The position numbers and the translations under genes were made by a program. From Octopus vulgaris (taxonomy: Eukaryota): 64,000 nt of DNA. Below are positions 25,345 through 43,750 of this stretch, piece by piece (position 1 is the stretch's first letter; every line of letters starts with the position of its first letter). A model generated the notes under the pieces. That model was given only the letters and a program-made list of their open reading frames with translations, was not told the DNA's origin and ran no database searches. The stretch is from positions 100,130,001-100,194,000 of the forward strand of contig OX597816.1 in the NCBI GenBank assembly GCA_951406725.2. Reading direction: 5' to 3'.

Positions 25345-26822
25345 ATAAGCACTAAGAGCTCACAAGACTTGGACTCTCTCTCAAATGCCCAGGATGCTCT
25401 CTTGAGGTAGTAGATAGTTTCTGTTACCTAGGTGACCAAATTAGCAATTGTGGGGGATGCTCTGAAAGTATTGTTTCTGGAATAAGAATAGGATGGAGAA
25501 AGTTCGGAGAGCTGTTACCTCTCTTGGTAACAAAAGGATTCTTTCTCAGAGTGAAAAGTAGATTGTATGATGCTTGTGTATGAACAGTTATACTCCATGG
25601 TAGTGAGACATAGGCTCTGAATGCAGGAGACATGCATAGACCAGAGAGGAATGAAGGCAGTATGGACTGCTGGATATGTAATGTGTGTTCATGTACAATA
25701 AAGTGCAAATGTATTGAGAGAAAAACTGGGAATGAGAGGAATCAAAAGTAGCATGCAAGAGAGAAGACTACATTGGTTAGGACATGTGATGCATATGAAT
25801 GGAGACAGTTGTATAAAGTAGTGCTGATCACTGAAAGTGGATGCTACCTATGGAAGAGGGAGACCCAAGAAAACATGGGATGAAGTGGTGAGGATCAATC
25901 TCAGAATGTTGGGGCTCACAGAGGAAATGACAATGGACTGAGATGCCTGATGAAATGGGTTTCTTGAAAAGACCCACCCATATCAGTGAAACTCAGTTCT
26001 GGAAGCGCTGTGTGTTCCACCCACATGTAACAATAAAGCTGGTCATACATCCTACCTCAACAAACCAAACTACATTTCTTCTCCCAAACTGCATCTTTTT
26101 TTTTCCTCACATTTCCTCTTTCATGCACTATGATTATCTCTCACTCTCTAATCTTGTCCTCATTGCCCTTCTCACTGTATCATTGCTATCCTGTGGTATC
26201 CCTACCCTCTCTATGTACCCAAATTCTCACCAGTCACTGCATTCCCCATCTCCTCCCTACTCCCACTTCTTTGGCAATTTATTGCTGCTTATACATGACT
26301 TATGTACCTTGAGGGTATAACCTGGCACTTGCTACTATTTCTTTCTTCCTTTTCTCTACTGTCCCATCTATATTCTGATCACTGTTCCTTGTGAGTATGC
26401 CCTGGTGCTTCACCACCATCTCTTTCTTGCTCTCTCTTGCACTCTCACTGTCTTACACATACTCTCTCTCTCTCACTCTCTTGCTATGCCCCCCTCTCTC
26501 TCTCTCACTCTTCACTCTCTCTCTCTCTCTCTTGCTCTTCACTCTGGCTGGGTAACCATGTATCTCCTTTACAGCAGCTCACCTGTTTCTGTCTCACTGT
26601 TCCTCTGTTACACTTTAACCTTTCATCATTTGGCACAAGATCACCCCCTCCAATGTCTCCCCACCTCTCAATGGTTTTTTGTCTTGAAATTTACTTGTGA
26701 CCATTTGAGTGCTGGTGCCATGTAAAAAGCATCCAGTCCACATTGTAAAATGTTTGGCATTTAGAAGGATATCCAGCTGTAAAAACCACCCCAAAATTGA
26801 CTTTACCTGTTCTGGTGCCATG
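25345..26822 (+). mobile_element. RTE LINE 3' part with a long pyrimidine-rich 3' UTR, truncated by a mariner insertion
   Basis: LEVVDSFCYLGDQIS..GWRKFGELLPLLVTKG..GRGRPKKTWDEVV; CT-rich 26030-26690; conserved terminal UTR motif gctggtgccatgtaaaaagca up to the mariner TA at 26823. Confidence 0.85.
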
Positions 26823-26824
26823 TA

Positions 26825-27672
26825 TTGGATTGGCAACTAAGTTCCTGCTGTTTTTTTAAATTCAAATTTTGTAAAAGGTTTAATAAAAAATGACAACTAA
26901 TTAATCAATAATGTATTCACCCTTGTTGTTTAAAACTTCTTCCCAATGTTCAACAAGATTTTCAATACCATGTTAGTAGAAATCACCCGATTTCAACTCA
27001 AAAAATTGATTCAACCAAGCTCTCAATTCTGCATCAGTATTGAACGAAACTCCACTCATAGCATTTGAAAGAGATCAAAAGAGGTGGAAATCCGTTAGTG
27101 TCAAATCAGGAGAGTACGGTGGGTGTGGCAGCACTTCCCACCCATATGTTTGAATGGCTTCCTTGGTCATATTGGGGATATGAGGGCAGGTGTTGTCATG
27201 CAGCAGAACTCCATGCTGTCAATTAGGTCTTTGCTCTTGAATAGCTGTATTGAGTCATTCCATCTGTTGAACATAGAGTTCCGCATTGACCGTTTGGTTC
27301 TGTTCAAGCAATTCATAACGGATAATCCCTTCCCAGTTCCACTATACACTCAATATTGTTCTATGCGTATGAAGATCTTGTTTCACGCGCGGTGTCACTT
27401 GTTTACCGGGGCTAAGCCATTCCTTATGCTGCTTCATATTGATGTACAGGCTCCATTTTTCATCACCAGTAACAATTCAATAAAGAAATTGTTGATTGTG
27501 TCCATGAATTGAGCAGTGACAAGCAAGCAAATCTGTGGAGAATGTGGCTCGTCGATTTTTGTTGTTGTCACTTAAAGCATGTGGACCCCATGCTCCATAC
27601 TTCTGAACCTTTCCCATCGAGTGAAGATGCTTCCCTATAGCAGTGTGGGAGCATTCCATTTTCTCTGCATCT
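26825..27672 (-). mobile_element. Decayed mariner transposon (3' half with one TIR)
   Basis: TA + TIR ttggattggcaactaagtt at 26823; minus VLPHPPYSPDLTLTDFHLF, LLHDNTCPH, IVTGDEKW, GAWGPHALS (cf. WVPHEL). Confidence 0.9.
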
Positions 27673-28224
27673 GAATTTTAGATACATAATTGGATCTGGA
27701 AATGTATATGATTTTAAGTCAAGATTTATATCAAGAACTGTAGAAGAGCAGCCACAATATATCCACATTAATCATATATACTCTGATTCACAAGATTACT
27801 TAATGCTTATTATTCTATCATTGCAAATTTATATTTGAATTAGTTATGGAGATTCTAAACAAGGTATTTGGATTGATAAGATGGCAACCAAATCTTCTCT
27901 GAAACAAATGCCTGTTCTGTTGAGACCACTAATACTAAGTATTGTCACCAGTGAGAATATCTTCCAAAACAAGATGAAATAGAGATAAAAATATAAAGCT
28001 TAAGAAAATTAGCATTAATTTGCAATAGCAAAAGTCAGTTAAAGAAGTTCATTAAAATGATTTTACTGTGAGTAGATTCACTTGTCAGAAATGTTAGAAA
28101 TCACTTTTCATATCACACCATTTTGAATAGATGAAATGGTCTTTGATAAAATCTTAACTAAATAATATTGATCAAATAAGTATTAAAGGCTCAAAAATGA
28201 CTTGTAAATCATTTACCTGCTATA

Positions 28225-28428
28225 AGGCTGCGTGCAGGCAGAATGTTACCATACCAGTCAAAAAATGCTTAGCAACATTTTTTTCAACTTTACATTCTGA
28301 TTTCAAATGTTGTTGCCTTTCATCTCTGTGGGGTCGATAAAATAAGTACTAGTTGAGTACTGGGGTCAATGTAATGACATACACACCTCCCCCAAAATTG
28401 CTAGCTTTGTGACAGAATTTGAAATCCT
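28225..28428 (+). mobile_element. tRNA-derived SINE (Deu/Nin-like core), degraded
   Basis: gcctttcatctctgtggggtcgataaaataagtactagttgagtactggggtcaat. Confidence 0.75.
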
Positions 28429-30289
28429 ATCATTTATATCACCAAATAGATTATAATTTATATAACTGGTTTTGAATTCTAAATCTGTTTATTAGATAGC
28501 TTGAGGAGCTACAGATCAGAAACTCAGAAGCTATAAGTTAGATAGATGGTTGTAAATTAAGTCATAACTACACTATTTACTTTGTGGTTATCCATTAAGC
28601 ATTCATTTGTTTGCTCCATACAAATGGTATGCAATATGTATATTTACTATCAAGATATGTTCCTTCTACCCATCTCAGTGAACAGCCCCTTCAATGTATC
28701 AGCAGTCTCTAATTGTAGTAATCTATTCAACCCATGTCAGGGAATGGGAAATGATGATAATGATGATTATGATGGCACTATCACAAGCACATACATGCAT
28801 GCACATACATACACATGCATGCATGTGCACACACAAGCATGCACAAAATATCAATTAAATTCCAATATACACTAATTTTCAGATTTTATTTTTGTATTCT
28901 TACAATTTTACAATATTACATATTACAAGTACTTCCCTGTTTTAGAACAATATTGCTATATAACAGTCTTCGGGTTAATGTTAATGTAGTAGAAACATTT
29001 TAAACCAATCAAAGACATTGTTAGAGGATTCAACTTTCTACAGGATTGCATTACTCTGAGTGAGATGATTTATAACTTTTTATAGAGAGGTATTACTTTA
29101 TTTTATAAAATCCTGCCTTCATTTTCTACTTAACCTCTTTACAATTTTTTATTCACTTGCCTGAAATTTATTTTACCTGTGATGAATTACTGCTTAATTA
29201 TATTTGTGAATCTCTTGTATTGATGAATCATTATTGTGTGTATGTTTATGAATGCTTGTGTGAATATATTTCATTTTGTAGGGATTTTTTTCTCAAATAT
29301 ATTGATAAATTCCAATATAAACTATTTTACTTCAACAGTGTCCTTGCTTTATATAGAATAATGTCCAATTGAAAATCTAATTATGTGCACAATTTTCTTT
29401 GATGTAATTCTGATATGCATGTCAGTTGAATATTAGTTAATCACTTATTACTTTATTGGATAATATTTATACAATATTTACTTGTAATTAGATTAGTTTT
29501 GAGGCAAACATTCTAACATAGATTTATATAAGAAAGAACCTTGTGTTATGTTCCAAATCTCATATTCATATATATCAATAAGCAAAAAGCTATTTTGCAA
29601 TTATTTTATTATTTGCTTGAAAAAGTAAAAAGTGAACCTTATATAATTTTTTCAAGTGGACTACCATTGCATTTTCTATTCTTCATGCCTTGCTAATTTT
29701 GTTTTCTTAAATTCTTACCTCTATGTTGAACTATTAATAGTTAAATCAATTCATTATTGGTAACATGTGAATGTCCTAATCAGATGACATCCTTCAACAA
29801 ATTATATATTAGCTGCATCTTGATATCTACCATACATATGTAATTACTCAGTGTTACTTTAACCATTAACATTATTAAAGATTATTTGTTTTCCAGTACT
29901 GTTCATGGAGTAATATTTATCATCAGGCTACTTGTTACTGACACCAAATTATATAATGTACATTATATATTCCATGTTATCATACAGCTATAATACCTTT
30001 TGGCTATTTGATAGCTACTACATGTAAATTGTTGAGTCCTGTAGAAATTTATTCAATCACTGTCAGTATCCTTTAAGTATTCACTTTCTAACTTCTGTAT
30101 TTCCACTTGTTCTACTTTATCCTCCTATTCCTTAACAGTACTGTCAAAAGAGTTCTGCTTTTATGAACTGTTTTGTTTCATAACCTGACTTCTCATCACA
30201 AAATAATTTCTAGATAGGAAAGCAAAATGTTATATTTACAGAAGTTTAAGATTAGCAAGTTCTTATTTCTGTTGAAAATCAAAATTTTC

Positions 30290-30500
30290 TTTTCTGCTGT
30301 AGGCACAAAGTCCGAAATTTTGGGGGAGGAGGCCAGTCGATTAGATCGACCCCAGTACGCAACTGGTACTTAATTTATCGACCCTGAAAGGATGAAAGGC
30401 AAAGTCGACTTCAGCAGAATTTGAACACAACGTAAAGACAGACAAAACACTGCTAAGCATTTCACCTGGCGTGCTAACGTCTCTGCCAGCTTGCCACCTG
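30290..30500 (-). mobile_element. tRNA-derived SINE (Deu/Nin-like core), near full length
   Basis: Minus: ggtggcaagctggcagagacgttagcacgcc..gttcaaattc..gtcgactttgcctttcatcctttcagggtcgataaattaagtaccagt; A-box and B-box-like motifs. Confidence 0.85.
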
Positions 30501-31239
30501 TTAAAAATAAAAATAAAAAATGTTAAATTAGTAAAATATTAAAAATGGCTGATCATACCAACAATTTTTTGCTGTTGGCATTATCAGTTTATTCTACAAT
30601 AGTTTTATGGCTAGAAAAAAAATTATAGCTAGCAGTCCTCATTGCTCTTTACAGTTTGCATCTTCAGTTTCAACACCTATAAATCTCCAAAAATATAACT
30701 GATGAAATATTTGTTTATTTTACTAAGCAATAAAGGAAAAGGTGGCATTAAACATGGTGCTTTGTGACAAATATTACTCAATTATGTTTTGATATTTCTC
30801 TTAGAGTTCTTTCTATCTATGTTCAAATTGTCACTACTTACTACAGATATAAATGAATAATTTCATTACCAGTAAACAAACTTACTCTCCTTTAGTTTGT
30901 GATATGTTAGGTAAACCTCTAAATCACATGTTAATGCTGTTCAATTATTACACATCAGCATTTTAACCTGGTTGGTTTCTTATATTAGAGTTTTATAACT
31001 TGCATTTCTGTGAAAATGCTGAGCTTGCAGTAAGTCACAGAAGATTTGGGTGTGATGTTAATTTTCCAAATACCCACTTACCTAGAAAGACTTATGAAAG
31101 CCGACTATCACCAGCAACTGAAGTAGAAGCAAGAAGGAGAAGCTAGTTTTGGTTAAATTTGCTCCCTGGTTACCTATAAAAAATTATACTCTCAGCTAAG
31201 CATGTTTTTCAGTTTCTGTTTTATTTTAAAAAGAGGTAA

Positions 31240-31940
31240 AAAAAGGAAGTTTCAGTCTCTCTTCCTCCCAAGAAGTTAGCCTATGAATCAGAGAGTAAGA
31301 CATCTCCAATCATCCCAGTTTTGAGCACAGCCACTTGCATCTTTTTAGGCATTGCTAAGTTTCTTTAGATATTCTTTGAAAGTGGTACACCATGTCTTCT
31401 TGGGTCTCTACCTTTTCTTAATTCTGCCCTTTGGTGGTACCTGTTGAATAGCAATCTTGGGATCTTTTTTTTTAAATTTTTTTTTTGCATGACCTGCAAG
31501 TCTCACTCATCTTTCTTTCACAATCTCCAGTAGGCTGTGCAAATTGTCTCTTCTCAGGACTTCAGAATTTGTGATTCTGTCCCTGTAGGTGATCTTGAGA
31601 AGCCTGTATGAGCACCATTACTGGAATGTATTCAATCTCTGAGTGATATTGGCAGTCATTTTCCAAGTTTCTCCTGCATAAATTGATGTTGGTAGGGCAT
31701 CGCTCTGGTACAACTAGATCTTCATATGATTGTTAATTGAAATACTGGCCCAGCTCTGATCATTCCTCAGAACACTGCTGCTGCACACCTGATTCATGGG
31801 GTTGATTGACATTCACTTTAGTATCTCTTTCTGTAGCATTAATGCTGCCCAAGTAGTTCAAGTTAGTGACATCTTCTAAAGGTTCTTGATTCACAAGAAA
31901 TGTTTCTCTTTGCCACTGTCATGCACTGCTTTGGTTTATA
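31240..31940 (-). mobile_element. Old RTE-type LINE fragment (different family, no PHD insert visible)
   Basis: LEDVTNLNYLGS..LPTSIYAGETWKMT..RLNTFQ..RLLKITYRDRITNSEVLRR. Confidence 0.8.
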
Positions 31941-34551
31941 CACCCCTTTCCTTGATAAGAAAAAAATCTATGTTAATGTGAAATGTACAGGTGAGATTGT
32001 TAGTAATAGTAAATTGAAACATATATAATTTTTGGTTGAATGCTGTTTTCATTTTTGTGGTAAGTTACATTTTTAATGACAGCAAAAATTACAAATTAAG
32101 TGGTGTTGAGAAAGGCTCCTAAGTATGTGCAGCCACTTTTCTGAGCAAAGATGGAGTATGTCCCAAATAAGAGAAAGTTACAGTGGATGAGAGATTCATG
32201 TATCAACCATGCACACACACACACACTCACACGTATGGGTATGTATGTAAGTGGGTGGGCATTTAATAATTATTTCTATTACCTAAAATATTAAAAACAT
32301 TTATTTTATGTGAAAACAAATCAAATTCAAAGACTAATACTACATTTGCATTTGATATCATAATCATATAACCATTGTGCATACTTTAGATGTGTACAAT
32401 TTTAAGTTTGTTATATTTGAATAATAAAAAAATATTGTTATGCGTAAATTTCTTCTGTAAAATATTTTTTATACATAGAAATGATGCTCATTCAAGATGT
32501 TATTTGTGTAAGCTGTTTCATTTCACTGAATATTTCTTTAAAGTAATCTCACACAAGTTGTCACTATTTCACACAAAAAGGCAATAAAAGGAGCGTCTGT
32601 CAAATAGCCTTATCAAACTTGTCCAGGCTGAGAAGTTCTTTACAAAAGTTTCTCTTTGTTCTATAAAAAAAAAAAAGAAAATTCCCTTTTGAAAGAGAAG
32701 AAACATTCTCATGATTCATTTTATAGATTCTTAAAATAATTTCAATTTGATGTAAGGAATTTATTTAAACCAAAGCAATAATTGATTTCTTTTTGCAAGA
32801 ATAGATTTGAGACACTGAAATAAATTACAATGAAAGGAAAACAAACTTGTAAGTGCAAAAGTCAAATAAAAGTCATATTGATGTAATGGTATTAAGAAAA
32901 TGAGAAGTGGAGAGAATGGTATATGTAACTAAAAGCATTGATGGTGTAGTACAATGTATGTTAAGAGAAGTTAAGCTGAAACCGGTCCTACAGAAAAAGA
33001 AAACAACAAAGAAATAAAATTTTTGTTATACATTTTATTGTAAGCAGGAGCAAGTCTGTGATTGAGAGAAAAGAATGGCTTAAACATCTTAGTCATTGCA
33101 ATATTTAGAATATAGAATATTTTAAAATTTAAGAAGTAGCTCATTGCTATCTGAAAGTTTGAAGAAAAGTAAAATTAAAGTTGTAAAGAATGCAGTGGGA
33201 GCTAGGAAATCAAGTGAGAGAAATGTGTAGAAGGAAATATAAATATGACAATTAAAAAGTAAAAGGCAAATGATCATATGAATGTGTTTTTGACTATCAC
33301 CATGATAATCCAGTCAAAGAATGCATTGCTATGAGAGAGAACTGAGAAGAAAAAATTACTAAAAAGTTTATTAACAATAATTTAAATGAGATAAGTTGTT
33401 GCTATCATTATCTAACATTTTCTTGGCTATATTCACATGGTTTGAATGTACTTCTTTTAACTGGCTCTAACTATAAATTTGAGGGAATAAAATATTTGGT
33501 GATCAGCTCATTAGTCTTGAGTTGAAATGCCCCTAAAAGCGTTCCTTTTGACAACATGCTAGATTGTTAGGAATAGGAATCAGATCTGGGAATGTTGCCT
33601 GGTGTAATATTCAGAAGGATTTCCACTAAAATTCTTACATTATAATGCTTAGCCCCTATCCTTATGAGCTCTTGGAATTGAAGCAGATTTATGTCTTCAT
33701 GAAACCTGGTACTTTTATATTTTTAATTAATTTCTTTTCCTTATTCCATTGTAAATCTATGACAGTCTTTCACTATTCTCTAAAGCCAAACAAAATGAAT
33801 AGCATTATTAAAATAAATATTGAAAGGAATCATTATTTAAACTTTAAAGGAAATATTCAGTAAATAAATCAAAATAAGAAACAAAACACTTAAATGAGAA
33901 ACTAGTATAAATTTTATTTTAAAATATGTCCCACTCTACAGTGCAGCATAACATCTATTCAGAATTCTCAATTGCTTTTTAGCCATTTAGCCATAACATC
34001 AATTGATGAAGAGATAAGATTGTAGCTGTTGTAAGCATTTATGGAACTATATACCCATGTGGAATGCTGAGGTTCAGCAATCCCAAAATATTTGAGTATC
34101 CCAAATGGCTTCAAAATATTCATTCCTACTTATTCATTTTCATAAATTCTAATTGAAAGCAAATAAAGTTGTAGCATAGTTGCTGCAGTAGCAGTAGCCT
34201 ATCTGCCTTCCATTTGCATATGAATCGTTCTAGCAAAACAGAATAGATTTGACACAAATATTAGTGAATATCATGAGAAAAAATTGTTTTCTTAAATAAT
34301 TTATTGACAAACAGCAGATTAATGAAGCTGCTTAATTAAAGCGTTTTTGTGCTGGAAATATTATTGGTCATGTTCCTTATTACTGACTTTTGAAATGCTT
34401 TCAGTTAAAATACTGGTTCTGTTGTTAGTTAGTTAATGGTATCTAAACATGCATTTGTGAAGTTTTTGTGTCCTTACGGATATGCTAAATGACATCAAGA
34501 GTTGCATAAAGAAATAAAATAATTAATGCTCATCTTTCAAAAGTAAAATAT

Positions 34552-34604
34552 TCAACCCATGCCAGCATGGAAAATGGACACTAAATGATGATGATGACAA
34601 TGAT
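34552..34604 (+). mobile_element. Extremely short RTE-type 3' end
   Basis: tcaacccatgccagcatggaaaatggacactaaatgatgatgatgac. Confidence 0.75.
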
Positions 34605-37600
34605 ATGGGTAACTGGAGTGGGCCACAAAGAAAGTAAATATGGTGGTGACAAGGTGACAGAATATACCCTTACAGTAACATGTCCAAGAATGTGAATGGT
34701 AAAGAGCATGAGAACAGAAAAATCAGAAGGTGTAGGTAAGGTTGCAAGAGTGAGAAAGGAGAATGAGAGATGGATATATATAAAAATTAGTTACATATTA
34801 CAAGTAGGAACACCTACTCATTATATTCCATTTCTGGTGCCTTAGAGAGATAACATCATATACATGAGATAATGAAGTGCATGTGTGTGTTAGCACACAT
34901 ATGTATTGCTTACTCAGAGCCCACTGCTCACACACTTAACACTTGTGTCAAGTATGATGGAGATAGTTTTAAATAATGCACTTTGTAGTAAGCTATCATT
35001 TATTATGATACCATAGAAAATGTATTTAAACTATTTCCATGTTGATGAGAATGATTTGCTTTAAAATTGTTTAGTTAAAATCTGTAATTTTCTCATATTT
35101 TTAATTGGTAATTAAAGGCTTAATTGTTTTATTTGAAAAAATATATTTTGATAAAAATGATGCAGTTGAGTAATTTTAGGTCTTTCATTCTTCCATTACA
35201 TTTATTTATTGATCACAATAAACAAATATTTCATATTTTCTAGCACTCATATATCATTCATAGTGTTAGTCCTTCCTGTTAGTCCTAATATTCTCAAAAC
35301 AAACCAATAACAAATTTAAATGAAATATATTTAATATATGAATATTAATTACACATTATTCCTAACTTTGATTTTTCTATGGTCTATTTCAGAAAGACTT
35401 TTAAATATTTTCCTACTGAAGCAAACTGAAATTTTCTAATATATTTCTAATTATTTATTTGTTATTAACAGTTTAGCCATCTGATATGTGCTTGCATTTC
35501 AATATTATTTTGTTTGCTAATTTCTTTTAAATTAATCCAGAATTCTACTTAATTAAAACTACTAATATGCTACATAAATAAAAACAACTAAAATCCTCAG
35601 ATCATTATTCTACAGTAAGGTTTAAAAAGCTGTCATCCAACAACATTTTAATATACTTAATCAAAGTAATAAAATCTAGCCCAATAGTTTATTTAAAGAT
35701 ATATTATCATGAATAATCAACAATCAGTTGTACAATGAAGATAAATAAGTCTTGATCAGGGCCTGACTTGATTACATGAATGATTACTGAAATGGATGAC
35801 TAGAAAGAGCAAGTTGAAACTGAAGTTTTTATCTTTTTACAGTTTAAAAATGAAGAGCAAGTTTCTCTTCATAATTAATTGACAACCAGTTTTATCTCAT
35901 ATTTTTATACTATTTTTATAGTGTTGTGAATAATTTTTACAATAACAGCATGTATTGGAATATTTACTTTACTGGTAGTTTACCTTTGATCCATGAAGTA
36001 TGAATGGTACTACTTTTCTACTATGTATTTGTATAGTACTTTGTTAATGAGTATAATACAAAGACTGTTGAGAAATTCAAAATGATGGTCTGCTAATGAA
36101 ATTAATAATTTTACCTCAGTATTAAAAGAAAATAGTATTTAGTTATGATCTCATTTATGATCAAAGAAATCACAAAGGTATTTACTAGAATTATTAGTTT
36201 TCTTTTTTGTTTTTTATTTTTTATCTACCAAGAAAAAGATGTTTTACATATACTAAAAAGTGCAAATATTTTGCATAAGCAAATGTCATATTGAGCTAGC
36301 AGTACTTTCTCCTCCTTACAAGGGAAGAGAAATCTGTCTCTACACTACTGTAGACTTTGAGCAATTTTATAATTTTCCCTAATGAGTTACCAATTCAGTC
36401 TTATAGCAGTTCAAGAGAACAACAGAAAACTAGAGTTCACCATTTTATGTGACTTACCAACAGATTGGTTTGCAATAAATACAGAAACTTTAATAAATCT
36501 CTAAAACTGTTGCTGCTTTCCATTTTCTTTACTGGAAAATTTGATGACCACTAATGTAAAAGGAGAATTATAAAGAAAAGAATTATCAAAAAATTTCCTA
36601 TTTCAAATTGTATTATCAAAAATAAAAACAGCCATCTCTACTATCACTGCAACCAGTACTAATACTACTACAATTACTACTTTGAGGAAGAACCATATAA
36701 CAATTGCATTAATAAAGGCACTAGCTGATAAATCTGCTGCTGTACATCAACAATAACTACTATTGCTTCAGCTTTGATGATAGTGATAGCAACAATAAAA
36801 GCAAATTTCTCCTCCTAGAATTGAGAACAGATTAAGTGAAGGAAAGAGAGAAAAAAAAAACTATACTATAAAACTGAGGAGTAATGTGAAAAATGTAGTA
36901 AAGTGGAACAACATGTGTTTGTTCTTGATTTCTAATTATTGATCCCATTTTCAGCGCATTTCTGCTGGTCTCTTTGCTTGGTACTGTCATAACCTCATTG
37001 GGTGATGTTTGCTGCCACATCTACAACCACTCTAGTGGAATGATTTTTATTCATCATCATTGACATTGCAACCTCTATACACATTACAACTCCCAACCAT
37101 TACTTCCTCCTCCACTTTCTTCTCTTTTCATTTTTATATCATTCTCTTTACTTTCCCTCTTTCTTTCTATATTAAACAAGCTTAAATTGCTTTTATTATT
37201 TCTCAGTTGTTTGATGTTTTTCACTTTTTTCTTACCTTTTTCCTTTCTCATTTCCTTATTAACTAGTTCTCTCTCTTGTTGCAAATTCCATTTTATTTTT
37301 TACTTATTTCATTTTTTTTTCTAATAATTTTACATTACTTTTTATGTTATTTCATTAGTTTCCATTCTATCCTTCTCCATAAATTTAGTTCAATTAGTTT
37401 TCTCTCTCATGGCATCCCATTTCTTTCTTACCTTTTAGATTTAGCATCCAAGCTTCAATGTATTTAAATCAATTATATTTGTTAGTCTGACGTTTTGCAT
37501 TGAAATAATTAACATTTCATGTTTAAGCAATCAAATTCATTAGCTTATTCTTTATTTCTTTGTTGTATTATATATTGAAAATTATTCACCCAAAAGTATA

Positions 37601-38560
37601 AAGCTGCATTCTATTCTTGATAAATAGTTATTATTTCTTATATACACTAGCATTTGCCTTTTCCTAACTATAATTATTCCAGTTTTTTGTTTTATTTTTA
37701 CATCAGTTACATTTTCGTTCTGATTTTATCTTTCCCTCTTGCTTCTTTAACTAAGGTTTTGTTTATTATTTAATCAGAAGAAGTTTTATCTTGTCATTGC
37801 ATGAAGAATCAGTTAATTTTTAGCTAACTGTATTACAGATGTGGAACCCTACTGCATTTATATTTTGAGTGCAGAACATTCCTCTGAGTTATTTTCCCCT
37901 CACCCACATGGCTGATATTGTCAGTGTCACTACATTCCCTTTATTTTTATATATATTGATCACTTTTTGCCTTGGTGATTGAGTTTTGCCAGTTGACTTA
38001 TAGGCCAGATGCACATCAAAGGCTACATATTCTATATTTTTGAAATATTTAAACTGATTTTTATCCTCTATGCTTGTCGGTTTTTTAAACACTCTTAAAA
38101 GGGACAGTTGTGTTCTAATTGCATGGATAATCTCAGTTAGTCACAGTTTTCCTATACACTGTATTACAAATGTGATATCCTCCTACATTTAGTTTTAATT
38201 ATGCTGCCGTACATCATTATGAACAGGCATTCATCCGTTTCACTGACGTCATCTACCTCTTGTCCAGAAAGCAATTATTTGACTTTCATCGTCTCAACTA
38301 TTAAACATTTTTTCTCTATTGTATATTTGGAATAACATATCTCATCTGTTATCATCATTGTCATCACCGTCATCATCATAATAGCAAAAATGATTCACTC
38401 ACAATGCTTACATACATTCATTCATACGTATATTTACATATATACTTTTTTATATATATATATATATATATATAATGTATGAATTATTTAAAATAATACA
38501 TGTTTACTTTTGGTAACTCATAAACTGTAGTATACAATTGCTAACCAAAGTTAGCTACAC

Positions 38561-39018
38561 CATACCTACACATATGTGCCCCAATGAATTTCTTTCTTCA
38601 TAACTTTCAGAAAAAGGATGTTTTCTAATGAAATTTTCTACAAATATACTTCAGATGGTAAAATTCTGATAATATTGGAATTTGTTGTGAAATCAATTTT
38701 CCCCACCGAAACGTGATGTGTGTCAGTATGTATGTATGCTATCCCACCAGTTTTTATTTTCCTATAAAATTCCAATATAATCATAATCTGTACTCTCTGA
38801 AAAGTATTTGTTGTAATTTTCATTTACAAATACCCATTTTTCCAAAAATTATGAGGAAAGAAATCTTGTATGAATTTTCTGAGATTCTTCCCTCCACTCC
38901 ACCAAAATTCTTTTTTCTCACAACAAATTCAGATATAATCAGAGTCAACACCATCTGAGGTATATTTGCGGAAAATTTCACTTTTCAGGAAGTTATGAGG
39001 ACACAAATGTAGGGTATG
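38561..39018. mobile_element. MITE-like element with long imperfect terminal inverted repeats
   Basis: 38561-38693 (cataccta..tcataactttcagaaaa..gaaattttctacaaatatacttcagatggt..gaatttgttgtga) is the reverse complement of about 38912-39018 (tcacaacaaattc..accatctgaggtatatttgcggaaaatttc..aagttatga..tagggtatg). Confidence 0.75.
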
Positions 39019-39064
39019 CTTGTTATATATATCCATTGCTTTAACATACGTATCTTCAATTATA

Positions 39065-39236
39065 ATTTAATTCTGATGATATCTGAAAAGAAACAGCAAT
39101 TTTAGCAAAACATATTAAGCAACACTAATAATAAATCAAAAAACATAATAATAAACAAGCTTTTGACAGTTTGTTAGATATTTCAAAATTATGCTGCTAT
39201 GATGCTAGGTATTTCCATTATTTTGTCTGACCCCTG
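39065..39236. mobile_element. Tc1-like DNA transposon terminus
   Basis: Reverse complement TA|CAGGGGTCAGACAAAATAATGGAAATACC is a Tc1-type TIR start; a homologous 170-bp copy lies at about 55420-55718. Confidence 0.75.
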
Positions 39237-43030
<3,794 letters not shown>

Positions 43031-43750
43031 GTCATCATCATCATTGTTTAAGGTCCATGTTCCATGCTGGCATGGGTTGGATAATTTGGCAGGGTCTGAT
43101 GAGTCCAAGGACTGCATCATGTTCCACTGTCTGCTTTGGCATGGTCACTATGACAGGATATCCTTCCGAATGTTAACCACTTAACAGTATGTACTGGGTA
43201 CTCTCTTTTTTTGTGCCACATACACTACTAAGGTTGGCAAGCAACTTTCAGAACCCTGAGGAAGGTGTGGTGTTAGCTTCATGCTAGGGGAACAAGGGAT
43301 TAAACTATGAGAAGCAGGAAGTTAGAGCAGGTTCTTGCAGAGGATCTGCATGTCTATTCACATTGGGTTGAAGAGGGAGAGAAAGAAAAGAAAAAACGAT
43401 CTGTAGGAGCTACAAAGAAATAGATATTAGGAATGAAATGCTCATGTGACCCCACAGAGCACAAAATGAGTAGAGTTTGGAGGGTTGGTGTTTTGACAAG
43501 ATTATATGGGGAGCAGATAATGAGTGGATGGGGAGACAGACTGTAAAATTTGGGTAGGATTAAAGGTTGGACGAACTATATGTCGTAAGTTGAGGAAGAC
43601 AGAGGAATGCAGAAGTGAGCAGGATGGGGTGAGCAACTAGCAGGATAACAATGATAATACAATGGGTATGGGGAAGATGAGAAAGAAATGATATGGCTGG
43701 GTAGTCTATCATCTATCATGATATATATACTGTGTAGGGATGCAGTCATA
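43031..43750 (-). mobile_element. RTE LINE 3' UTR (long-UTR subfamily), degraded
   Basis: (CAT)n + ccatgctggcatgggttgga terminal motif followed by purine-rich sequence, complementary in character to 26030-26690. Confidence 0.65.
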
